From assembly GCA_044892525.1 (NCBI GenBank), contig CM097885.1:50160001-50224000 (forward strand): a stretch of DNA of 64,000 nt, read 5' to 3'. This DNA comes from Schmidtea polychroa. Lineage: Eukaryota. The position numbers and the translations under genes are program-made. Shown one piece after another: positions 8,608 to 21,799 of this stretch; the first letter of the stretch is position 1, and each line of letters opens with the position of its first letter. The notes below the pieces were generated by a model, which did no database searches, was not told the origin of the DNA, and saw only the letters and a program-made list of their open reading frames with translations.

Positions 8608-9108
8608 ATGAAAACTATATTTCTATTGCTAATTATTATAAGGAGTGTGTGCTCACACAATACGACAATAACGGTGGAGTCTTTTAATAAATCAATATGT
8701 ATTTGTCCAAATACCGCCAAGTTGATGGATATTTTATATATTCTTGACAAACCAAAATGGGCAAAGCATCCAGGAAAAAGAATATCCCAAAGATTGGAGA
8801 ATTTAGAAAACAGCTATGACCTATCTTTTGAATATATACAAAATATAAAATTTAAATTGATTGATCATATTGAGGTTTTCAATAACTCAATTGTTGAAAA
8901 TAAAAAGAATATGAAAATTATTGATAAGAAACATGAACATTTGTTAAGAAAGATTGATTTAATAATATTCGAAATTCGAACAATAAAAGAATCGATAGAA
9001 AATTTGAAAACCAATTCAACGTTACCAATTTCAAACAAGATGGCAGCAAATATGAGTACATCAATATTTAAATGGTCATTGTTAATTTTAAATTATTTCA
9101 TTGTTTAA
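8608..9108 (+). CDS. Secreted or surface coiled-coil glycoprotein of unknown function
   Basis: Signal-like MKTIFLLLIIIRSVCS, five NxS/T sites, heptad-rich middle, hydrophobic C-terminus. Divergent from the Bcl-2 gene across a CCAAT box with a TATA box on each side. Confidence 0.65.
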   Translation: MKTIFLLLIIIRSVCSHNTTITVESFNKSICICPNTAKLMDILYILDKPKWAKHPGKRISQRLENLENSYDLSFEYIQNIKFKLIDHIEVFNNSIVENKKNMKIIDKKHEHLLRKIDLIIFEIRTIKESIENLKTNSTLPISNKMAANMSTSIFKWSLLILNYFIV

Positions 9109-9209
9109 TAAATGTATTGATTTAAATTATCTTTTGTCTGATATATTATTATTATTATTGGCATAAATATTATTAATTTAATTATTATTATTACTAGTAT
9201 TGTCATAAA

Positions 9210-9263
<54 letters not shown>

Positions 9264-9597
9264 TTACATAAAGACATTTCATGCACTTGTATTGCATGTC
9301 TTTATGTGAGTAGAAATTACTCAGTTAGTAACAATGACTCATCGATGAGTCATATTCAGAGAACAAAGCATCGATAATATCCAATTCTGATTGGTTAGAT
9401 GTTATCGATACTTTGTACATCTTTTCAAATGAGGTAATTATTATTTTTTTATGATTTAAATTTTTTTTATAATGAAATTTTTTTATGATTAATTTTTATT
9501 TTTTTTTTTTTATGAAACCAGTTTTTATGAAAACAAATTATATAATTTATGAAATAAATTTTATGAAAACAAACTTTTTTATGACGAAATGGGTATG

Positions 9598-9697
<100 letters not shown>

Positions 9698-9889
9698 TGT
9701 TATTATTATTATTATTCTATAGCGACATACAATAAATTTTGGTTTACCAAAAAAGAAGTCTTCTAAAAATTAGAGTCGTGTGATGAGTCTTTCTTTTAAA
9801 AATAAATGATTGGTCTTTGTTCAAAAAAGTCATCGATGAGTCATACAAGGGGGGGGGAGTATGCAAAAAAAAAGAAACCCCCTATCTAT

Positions 9890-10581
9890 ATGTCTTTGTC
9901 TATATGTCTTTGTTTAAATGTACTTAAATATTTGATTAAATGTCTTTGTTTAAATATTTGTTTAAATGTATTTATTTAAATATTTGTTTAAATGTATTTA
10001 TTTAAATTTTTGTTTAAATGTATTTATTTAAATATTTGTTTAAATGTATTTATTTAAATATTTGTTTAAATGTATTTATTTAAATATTAAATATGTCTTT
10101 GTTTAAAAAATGATGAGTCATACATACTTTAATAATGAGTCAGTTGGCTTTGTTCCAAAAATGATGAGTCATATGACCTTGTTACTAAAAATAGAATGAC
10201 CTTGACCTAGTTACTAAAAATAGAATGACCTTGATGAGTCATCGATGACGTCACGTGACATTGTTACTAAAAATAGAATGACCTTGACCTAGTTACTAAA
10301 AATAGAATGACCTTGATGAGTCATCGATGACGTCACGTGACCTAGTTACTAAAAATAGAATGACCTTGACCTAGTTACTAAAAATAGAATGACCTTGACC
10401 TAGTTACCGTGGTTACCACGGTTGCTATGGATGAGTCATATAACCTTGACCCAGTTACCGCTGTTGCTATGGATGAGTCATCGATGAGTCATATGTCTTT
10501 GTTTTGCGCTGAGTCATCGGGGGGGGGTAGTGCAAAAAAATGACAAAAAACGATGAGTCATGGAGCACACTTCTCTCTACT
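9890..10581. repeat. Polinton subterminal tandem repeats (presumed TIR)
   Basis: ~27-bp TATTTGTTTAAATGTATTTATTTAAA units at 9955-10085. GTTACTAAAAATAGAATGACCTTGA units at 10180-10405, interspersed with TGAGTCA and TGACGTCA. Confidence 0.85.
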
Positions 10582-10593
10582 ATTATCGTAATC

Positions 10594-11148
10594 TAAAGTG
10601 ACCAGATATTCTTTATTGGAATGCGGGACATGTTCAAATTAAAACTGCATAATCCGGGACGTCTGGTTACTTTATATTAATAATTTGTACATAATGGAAT
10701 AATATGACAAGAACACTATTCTTCACTAAAATAGTGTGTAAATTGCATATTTTCATTTTTAAAAAGACTGTATACTAATTATTTAACCATATTGTACACA
10801 ACTTACAAAAAACAGAAGAAGTAAAAAAACCTTTTTGCGGACACAATTATGAAAAAAATTTTAACTTTGCACTTTTGTTTTGTACACTTAGACTTTTTAA
10901 ACTGAAATAGCAATTATAAAATTAGATTTTTTTTAAATACTTAAGCAATATGAATTCGCTAAAGCTCATGACATACTTGAATTGAAACATTTCAATTTAA
11001 TTAATTGTTACCAGTTAAACCAAAGCAGTGTTATTTAATTGGAAAAGTTACTTTACAAATAGATAGCTATAATAAGGTAAGATGTGCAATGCGGGACAAT
11101 TTTTAATGCCGGACATACGATTTAAATCCGGGACGTCTGGTCACTTTA
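10594..11148. mobile_element. hAT-type MITE
   Basis: TIR TAAAGTGACCAGA/TCTGGTCACTTTA, perfect 8-bp TSD TCGTAATC, CGGGAC subterminal motifs. Confidence 0.9.
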
Positions 11149-12319
11149 TCGTAATCGGTAGAAAAAGAAGTATTTGTTGTCTTTATGGGAAATAAAGGTA
11201 TTCAAATTATTAAAAAATAAAGTATAGCACTGTCAAAATGAAAGATTCTACCTTTTGTGTTAGAGAAAAAATGATTTTCCAAGATATTGAACTACAAAAC
11301 ATTTTGGTAGATAAAAATAACGAAAAAGAATGGTCTATCATACTACTTTATTTATAATAAGTCATTTGCTTAAAATCAAACTGTAGGAAATTCTGATAAT
11401 TGACGAAAAATTCTGGGAAAATGAAAAATGTATAGATAATAATGATCATAAAGAGAAAATGATCTTGGTTAAGTATTTTTATCTCTTTACCCAAATATAC
11501 AAGTAAAAAAATTTACAACAAAATACGCAATTCCATAGTTTTGTGCTTAATATTACAAAAGAATTAAGTAGCAGATTCATAGAGAATAAAATGAGAAACT
11601 AATCCCGCTAATATTATCTAACAATCAAGAATACAATTTTTTTTACAAAAATCGACGCATCGAACTAAGCGGTTGGAAAGTCACTTACAGTAAGATACCC
11701 AGCATGGATTTTAAGATAATAGTACAAAATAGTGCTGCAGAAAATACCTAAAATCAACGGTATGATTGAAAATGAAATGAAAGCAATCTGTAATTATAAA
11801 CCAAGGATAATACAATATTTGATAACATGAAACTGAACTATCAGGAACCTCCAAAAAATAATACATGAAAGATATTAACTCATGTAAAAGGAGTTTTATC
11901 GATTTTAAAATAAAACTTCAGAAATTATGTTATTTGATTACAAAAGAAAGATATAATAATATAAATAAAAATAAAATTTTGAATATTAAAATTATATATA
12001 CATATGAATTACAAATTTGATTTAGTCTTCAAAATGAGCCGAGTAACTGATAGATAATGCTAATTAATGCAATAAATTCATGAAATGAACACATGATGCT
12101 CATTTTAATATTCAAATAACCAACTAAATAAATTTTTCAATAAAATTTATCATTAAATTTTATAATTATTATTATTGTTATTATTATGCAAGAAATATAC
12201 GCTTTAATCAATTTAATATATATTATGATTAACCACTTAAACTGAATTTATTAATTTAAGAATTATTAATTATTATTTTGTATCTGCATAATATCAAATA
12301 TCTGAAAATAAAAACTTAC

Positions 12320-12717
<398 letters not shown>

Positions 12718-14789
12718 TTTGAAATTTAAAATTAAAAAGTTAACAATTTTTGCCTCTAAAACTTTTAAAAGTGACTGCTTAGAATATAATCTTTATAGTG
12801 ATGTTGATTCAGTCAAACACGTAAATAAATAAAAACTCATGCTAAACATTTCATTTTCCATTAACTTTTTTTATTTGATATTTTTTTTATATTACATGAT
12901 TGTATAAATTAAATTTTGAATTCCGAAATCTTGTCTATGATTAACACTTCAATTTTATAATAATGATATTATGTATTTTATTCGATTTATTAAACACTGT
13001 GTTACAAGATTCTTAATTAAATTAATATGACGACGAATTAAAAATTCTGAATTTGCCTTAATATATAATCATTTGACGCTTAATAGAGCCAGCGCCGTAC
13101 TATCGCAAGTGTGATAAGTGTAATCGCACTGAGCCCTAGGGTTGCCAACTCCCACAATCTCGAACCGGGAGATTATAAAATTGAGAACAGTATAACACTT
13201 AAGAAATAATATAACCGTGTTTTTTCATTTTTTTGGTTTACACATGTTAATTATTTTAACTATATGATGACTAATACCATAAAGATTTAAACAAAACAAT
13301 TATTTTAACATATTACATTTTACATTTTAAAAGTGAAAAAAACCTGACAGTGACAGACTAATAACGTGGGTAAGAAGAAAAACAAAATCGCTCGCCGAGA
13401 TTTAATTCATATCTAATTAACCCTCTACTGATTCATCCAATATTAAATTATCTTCCACATATCTTCGATATCTTCATATATGGATATCTTCATATTTGGA
13501 AGATTCATAGGAAGTAAATTCCTCCAAGTCCATTTCACTTGTCAATGCTCATCAAATTTTACATTGAAATTATCTTTCTCAATAATGATTGATTTAGAAC
13601 TAAAACACTCTTTCCTCGTAACCAAATGTTGTTGACTCAACTCAAATGAAAGAATTCTTGATTTTAACTCAAAAACCAAAGAGATAGTTTCTAATGATGG
13701 GATAAAGAGCTGTAGATTTCATTTACAAATTGGGATGTGGTTCATTTGTCACAGAAGATCAGTTACTGGAAGAATATAACAATTCGTTACCTCAATTTGA
13801 TAGAAATTTGAAGTTAAAATTTTATAAGGATAAAATTCTAAAGTCATCCACGAATTTAAAGTTAAAAGGTACCGAAAAAATTAATTCTGTTTACTGTATG
13901 CAAAATCAAGCATTTCAAGGCTGTAATAATGATGATAATCTCAACTGTGAAACAAACCTAATGTAATCGAACCTTTGTAAAATATCTTTTCCCAAAACGA
14001 TCATAGATGTGAGCTTTTACACTCCCTTCAAGATATCGAGTCCCTTCCCTAGCGATAGTTTAAAGCCTGAGCTAGAAATTTGTTATAACTTATTGCGCAT
14101 TTTAAAAAATTTAATTTTTTTAAAATTTATTTTAGAGTGAAATTTAAAATTTTCTAGAAGAATTTTCTTTAAAAATGAATTTTTGAAAAATTTAGTGATT
14201 GTCGAAACCTACATATTTGCTGACCACGAATTTTTATATCTCATTGAGAAAACGGTTAAAATTACGTTAAAATTAACAATAAATTTCTATTTCATTGTCA
14301 GTTATCAAGCTCCCATTAGGGAGTCAGCGTTTCACTTTGCATAAGTTTTAAGATGATTCCTTGAAATCTTTGATATTTCTTTGTAAAATTATAGAGCTTG
14401 GTCAAATCCAGGAGAAAGGAAATATTTTGAGTTAGACAATCTCGATGCTGTTTAGCTCTTTCCACTCATCTTGCCAATTTTCATTTGACTTAACACTCAT
14501 TATGGCAAGAATTATGGGAAAAACATCACTTCTTTCCGATTTGTGGTTCCTGAGATAGGTGTATTTGATTATTTTATGTTACGTTTTCTACATTCTTCTT
14601 AATAAAATTTATTAAATTTTAAGTTAAAATTATGATTTTTAAAGTTTTGAAAAAATCTTTACTTTTATCTTTACAAAAACTATGACCAAAATAATTTGAA
14701 ACATTCGAAAAATCAACTTTACTAAAAAAAACTCTTGTCTAACTTCATTTCAGATTATAGATCGATATTTTTATTTAATAAAATAGAGT

Positions 14790-16980
14790 GCTTATTAACT
14801 GTGCACATACATTTACTAATAATGAGGATAAACTAAATGTGCCCATAAAACAATTAAAAGTGTGCCCACATTGTTATTAACTGTGCACATAAAATTATTG
14901 AATTTGTGCTCAAAAAAATTTTAAAATGTATTCAAAATTTTACAAAAGTGTGTTCATAAACATTTTTTGTCTGCAGTAAATTAATTTTAAATAAGTGAAA
15001 AACACCTCATATTTTTAAGCTTTGGACACTTGATGTCCGATTGTGCCCATTGTCGATGGGCGATTATCAATATATTTTGATCTTGTATATTATGACGTGT
15101 CACCATTTTTTGGTACAACGTCCCTTTCGGTATTGAAGGATCAATCAATTAAAAATCCTATTAGAAAAAGATCATGTGATCAACCCTATATAATGACTGT
15201 CGCCATAATTTTATTTACATTGTGTAGCATTGTAGCACAGGTGCTTATTAGCATCAGGTGTATAAACAAATGAAAAACACAATATTAACAATTAAACATT
15301 TACATCCGTTTACACTGAATAAACACATCTATAATATGGGTTGGTGTGTACAACTCATATTATAGATGCGTCATTATTTGTGATTGAAATTTTTGAAATG
15401 CATGTGGTTAAACATAATTATGTGGTAAATACTTATTTAGCTATTTTATTTACCTTTTTTAACTATTTGTATTTAGCCATTTTAGAAATGGGTTTCAAGT
15501 AATTTTTTTTATTTAAAGTAAACATTAAGGTTTGAATTTTGCTCCATATAGAAATGAGATCATTATTCAAACTCTTAAATGATACTTCTTATCAACATTT
15601 TTTATTATAAATTATTTTTAATTAATTTTTCAGGATTATTTTTAGGATTTTTATGAAATTTTAGAAAGTTATTTGGAATTATTTCGATATAATGTAAGTC
15701 ACATATATTTTTAAATATAAATAAACATTTTTAAAGGGATTAATTAGTAGAATTTTGTCATGTTTTATTAAAAAATTAATATTAAATTTATTAAAAATTG
15801 AACATAAATCTTACAAAATAATGTCTTTATTATCTATACAACTCAAAGTTGAGTTTTCGGAATTTTCGTCAAAATTTTATCGGTCATTTTTTTCTAAAAA
15901 ATTCTAAAAATGTCTGTAAATGATTTATTATAGTGCGTTTATTCATTACAACGATTCTACATATCGAAAATTTGCATGCATTTTTTACTATGTGCTGTGT
16001 CTTTGTGTGTCAGCTTATTTTTTCTACCACTTTCTATATTAAATGCGTTTATTCATTGCAACGCTAAAAATCAATACACATGTAAGTTTGTATGTTTATA
16101 TAATATACACGTATTGATTTTATTTTTACATTATAGATGCGTTTATTCAGTTCAAACGGGTGTATTAATTTTTTTTAAAAAGAAAAAAAAGTTGTCTATC
16201 ATTTTAAATTTCAATTTCAGCATGTAAAAGCTTATCTTTAAATGAATTCAGGCCGATGAGTTTGGCTTCTTGACTCCAAATTGTAACAGCTTTTTGATGG
16301 CTTCCTTTGTTGCTGGATTAATCTCCCTTTTGGTTTGGTTTTCTAGGATTTCGTCATAATTGTGATTGCAAGTGGTTTCAAAGTGGACAACATCATACTT
16401 GCCACTATTGTATTGCAGTTTCATGACTTGGCTACATTGTGATCCTCTTTTCCTGACAAGATTACAACGGTGCAACTCTTTGTGTCCATCTCTGGTGTCA
16501 TATGCTTTATCAAATGACCAAAGTTTGTTTCTTGAGAGCCATTCAACTGTTTGATCTCTATTTTGAAAAAACTGAATTGCATTCCAATTTTTAAACAATT
16601 TGGTTTTTTTTGGCAATAGGTTCAGTGACTGAGTCTGAAATATCTTCATTAGAATGGTATTGGTACAATTCTTGGAATTCACTGCTGTTGTTCATTTTGC
16701 TCATTATTATAGGTTATGTAATAGTTAAAGCAAGTTTGAAAGTATTAATTAATATTAAAATTGATTTTTGTTTTTAAATTTAATTTAATTCTCTTTGATA
16801 ATATTAAATTTTTTTCGAGTTACTTAAATTTATTTATGTGCCCAATTAATAAATCCATGAGCACAGCAATTTCTTGATGTCAAATAATAAATTAATTATT
16901 ACGTATTATAAATCCATGGGCACAATCAAGTAACTCATTAGCACAGTAATGCTTTTTTTGAGCACATTTTTACACTGGAA
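14790..16980 (-). mobile_element. Decayed DNA transposon, probably MULE-like
   Basis: TGTGCAC/TGTGCCC subterminal motifs at 14800-14960 mirrored at 16840-16970. ORF 16248-16682 carries a C..C..H zinc-finger-like segment. Confidence 0.4.
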
Positions 16981-18499
16981 ATTCACGTAAAAAAATAAAA
17001 TTTATCTAAAGTATGAAATAAAAGAAAATAAGATTGATAAAATTTCAAATAGGTCAATGAAGAAAAGGATAAAGGTTATATTTATTTACCTTTATTTATT
17101 TTTCGATGATATTTCCTTTATTTACATTTTGACAAATGTTAAAAAAATTTTTTTATTATATTCAACACTAATTTTCGGCTTTGCCTCAATTAAGCAAAAT
17201 AATTTTTCAAAAGTCCAATTAAATTCTTTTGAATGATTAAAAGAATTAGTGAAAAAGTTATCAACAAAATAAACATGAATAAAATTTAATTAAAAATTTG
17301 TTATTAAAATTAAATATAAAATAACAAAGTTTTATAAAAATATTTAAATGAATTTTATCAAAAAAAAATTATTAATTTTTAAAAAATAATTATTTGAAAA
17401 AATTGAAAATAAAATTGTTTAAATATCATTAAATATTCAGAGATCCGGGAAATGATGGAACTCATCTGAATTCTATAATCAAGTTTCTATTTTCTTTATA
17501 CTAATTAGGTCCATTTCAATTTAAGATAGAACTTACCATTGGAGGTCCACAGATCCGCAGATATTCACAGATCCCATGCTTTCTTCCTCTAGTCCATCGG
17601 GTTGTACTAGGTTAATTAACAGAATGATTTACACATACTTGATATGAAATCTGTTTACAAATTCTTGACTATTTTTATTTTCAATAATAAGAAATTTAAT
17701 GTTTTTTATACGAAATTATTTTTTTTACTATTTCCAGATAGCTTGGAAAAGCCATTCACTGGAGTCATTCACAATAAATTGTTCCTTGATTCTGATATTG
17801 CGTTTAACATATTGTTGTTAAATATTGTAGAGAATTGAAAACACGTAAGAACGAATACTAGCCAAATTTATTAGAACAAATTTTGATAGAATATCGGATT
17901 TAGAATCGGTTGTGTAAATGTCTTTTTTGCATTTAAAAGTTATCTCTCCAATTTTTTCCTATTTAAACAAATTTATTATTAAAACTAATTAAAATAAAAA
18001 TCGAAAGCACTACAATAAGCCCCACAAAATACGCGGAGCGTATGCTGGTGATGGAGACCCTGCTAGTGAACTTTCCAAATGATTTTTGAGTACTTCATCT
18101 CCAGCTTCAATCCTGAAATCGCAGAGGCTTTGCACATTTGTATTTGCACATGTTTTAACTATAAGTGCTATGTCAGTTGTTTCATTTGTATTTGGGCGAG
18201 ATTGATCCTGCAAGTTGTCCTCAATTTTGCTTGAATTGAAGTGCCTCCCCATGCGCCCCCTTACGGACGTCCATGCTTTCATTTTATGATAAGTCTTACG
18301 AGGTCCTTTCAATTCTTCTTTTTAGTAAATATATTTTTTCCACTTTGTTCTTTATACTATATGAAATTTCATTAATCCACATAATCTTATTTGCATTTAA
18401 TTATAACCAGCATTTTCCTCAAAAAAATCAAAATGACCTAATAAATGGCTCCGATCATCGCCTCCTGTGATGGAGCTTTCTCGTTAGGGTATTTCATTT

Positions 18500-21400
18500 T
18501 GTCCTATTTCTCTTCAGCTTCACCTGAATAATTCACTTAGTTTGCATCTTGATTTTTATATTATACTGATTGTTCTGTTGAAATTGGCCCTCTTGAAATT
18601 GCATTATTTCTTACGTAATGATTCATGTTTTCAAGTTTACCGATTTTTTCTGTGAATTAGCTAATTTGTAATTGATGTGATTTCCAGTGTACCAGGGAAA
18701 GTATGAATCAAACAATATTGTGTACTTACCTGGCGCGAAGAGAAATCTTCGCGTCTCCTGCATAGTAAAGCTCGAAACTAGTCTGCAATTGGGATTTGCG
18801 CTGCAGCGCCTATTGATGTCGACGATTGCGCGCAAGTAATTATTTTATTATTGTTGAGTGTGACCAGTACCCATAGGGGGTCAAAATATCTTGTCGGATA
18901 TATCTTGCTTAGTTGTACTGCGAGCTACGATTCTGCATTGAATCGTCGGTGCGCAAAAGTCAATGCGGCGGGGTACATATGCTGTACGACTTGTGACACT
19001 GTCTTCTGCATATCATCATTTACTATTAATAACATATTGTTTTTTACCAATATCTGATCCAATCTTTTGAAATATCATCATTTACTATTAATAACATATT
19101 GTTTTTTACCCATATCTGATCCAATCTTTTGAAATAAGGTGAATCCCAAATCAAGTGAGGTATCTTTGGGCTCGGGTTTTGTATATATTACTTTTTTATA
19201 GACAGCAAATTATCTGTTTACTGATTATTATCTGTTTCCTTGACGTAATCACGTTTAAAAATCTTATTCAAATATTCTCAAGTTTCCTTCTTTCTGTTCT
19301 GTTTGACATTTTGAGCAATAACTTAACAATATCCTCGATAGTACATCAGTGTTGTTATGATTTTCATCCTTCCTTTATTTTAAATCAAAATCATAACCTG
19401 ACAACTCACTCAACCATGTTTGGAATTGTGGACTTATTGGTTTCGAAGTTGATTTTTAGAACTTTAAAGTCTTATGATCAAACATTTTGTACATCAAACT
19501 TTCTCCATATAAATAATGCCGAAAATATAGGACTTACTCGTATATTGCTAATAGTTTTTTTTCTAGCTACACAGTATCCTTTCTCGTGAGCACTTAAAAG
19601 TCTTGAACCATATGCTATGACTTTTTCACAACCATTTTGAACTTGACTTAGACCAATTCCACTAAAACACACGTCACTATCCAAAATAAAGTAACCGACC
19701 TTATTTGGAAACGCCAATATTGGTGCACTCGATAATAACAGTTTTCGGAAACTTTCTTCACACTTATCATTCCATTTAATATCTTTTTCATGTCCCTTTG
19801 TAGCTTCATACAACGGTTTGGATATTTTAGCAAAATTTGGAACAAATTTGCAATGATAATTTGCTAAACCCAAAAATGAACTTAGTTGTTTGCTGCATTT
19901 CGGTATTTCAGCCTCAATAATCCTCTTTATTATATTGTTATTCGTGTGTATTTTATGGCCCAAGAATATCAATTCACTCTTATAAAAACTACACTTCTTA
20001 GGATTGATCCTTAATCCCGCTGATTTAATTCGCTTGAAAACTTCCTCCAAATTTCTATTATGTTCTTCGATAGTTTTTCCATATCATCTACATATGCTGC
20101 AACACCTTTATACAAAATATCATCAAATAATATGTGTATAAGTCTTTGGAAAGTTACTTGAGCTGTGGATAATCCAAATGGCATTCGATTGTAGCATAAC
20201 TGTCCTTTCTTTGTAGAAAACGCTGTTTTGAAATGAGACGCTTCATCGACATGTACTTGATAATATGCGAACAAAAAGATCCGGACAAAGAATCGAATAT
20301 TGTTTAAGGATTTTCCATTGGAAAACTGAATTTTTCAGTAACTTCATTAACCTTCTTAAAATCTGGACACATCCTGATTGATCTGTCTTTCTTACCTACC
20401 ACGACCATAGGTGAGTTCCATGGGCTTTGGCATTTCCTTATAATGCTCATTTTCAATAATTTCATAATCATATCGTTCACTTTTGATTCCATCTGCCTAT
20501 TTTTATAGTATGTGTAATCAAATTAGTACAACCTAGATCAAAATCTGATGCCATGAAGATCGAACTCCACCAATTTTGGGTCTGAATTTGGTACAAAAAC
20601 ATCCAGCGCTTTTTGACATCGTTAGGTATCACTGTAGCTAACACCAAACGTATCTGAATCTATTAATGCAATTGATGTATCTGGCACAAGTTTTATTTTA
20701 AAAGCTAAAATCAAATTCATTCCATCCACAAAACTTGGACTTATAGCCCTAACCACAATTACATTCACTTTCTGACAATTTATTCCAAACCATCAAAGTT
20801 GTATGATATCAGCGTATTTCCAAACGCCCCACTGAGCGCCATTTCTATCTATTTTAAAATTGTACTGTCCCACTTCCTCCATATGACCTCTGACATTACA
20901 GTAACCGACGCACAACATCTCAATCACTGTTCTACAACACTGAACAAAACTCCACCACATTCCATCCGTCTTCTTGAACATTTCGGTTTCCCGTGTTCTG
21001 CACATTTATATGTTTCAAAGAAACCGTAGGCTTATTGGGTTTCTCATTAAGCAATAAACTTTCTGAGCTTCGTCTTTTTACAGTACTATGTTGTCTATTA
21101 TCATGATTGTCGTAACTTCTTTTTTTACTGACATACCGGTTAGTCTCTGGAACTGATGGTCTAATCAATGTTTGAACATTCCTTGTTACCGATGCAAAGA
21201 TGACTTTTTTCTATCATCTGCCCATACAAACACCTCTCTGGTGTCTTCTGTATGTAAAATATTTTCAGAATTTTTTTCAATTTCTCTATTTCTTTAAGAG
21301 ATACGTCTGGGTTCATTGCAATTGCATCCTTAACTTTTTCTGAATACATATGTCTTGTTACAATATCCTTGACAATCATGTCTTCTGTTTGATTTTCGGA

Positions 21401-21793
21401 AAGAACTTCGCGTACTACAAAATTTTACAAAATTTTCAAACCTTTATCAGACTCATTTCTTTGTTATTTTGCAAAAAACTTTTGAATTTTACATATTTTA
21501 AAATAAACCAACCTTTTATCTCTTGATCTGAGGCCGGAGTCTTTTGTGCTTTCTTAAAGGCCATCCATAACTCTTTTCCGTCTTCATGTAATAACAAATT
21601 GAACGCTGTTCCTAAATTGAGCGAATTTGTCATCACAAATTCTTTAATAGTCCTTTGAATTTTCTTCTTTTCCTCCAAAAAACTTCTTTATCACTGGATA
21701 AATTGAATCTTGAATATTCTTTTGCAAAGATTCCACAATTTTCTGCCTTTCCTGTGATCTCGTCAGAGCTGCGATTTCGGCGTGGTCGCCAGT
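18500..21793 (-). mobile_element. Degenerate Gypsy/Ty3 retrotransposon (gag-pol fragments)
   Basis: SPWNSPMVVV, KTAFST, MPFGL, YVDD, FLGLANY and VIAYGSRLLS in broken frames. PBS TGGCGACCACG at ~21781-21791, probably tRNA-Arg. Left boundary approximate. Confidence 0.85.
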
Positions 21794-21799
21794 AACATT

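Noticed and set aside
10170..10410. Regularly spaced repeats resembling a CRISPR array
   Set aside because: Spacers are themselves repeated, the context is eukaryotic and there are no cas genes; these are subterminal repeats.
11220..11950. Possible PGD exon 3
   Set aside because: No IIIDGGNS-like coding sequence on the minus strand; the region looks like decayed repeat sequence.
19010..19135. ~63-bp tandem duplication
   Set aside because: Ordinary local duplication inside a decayed Gypsy element.
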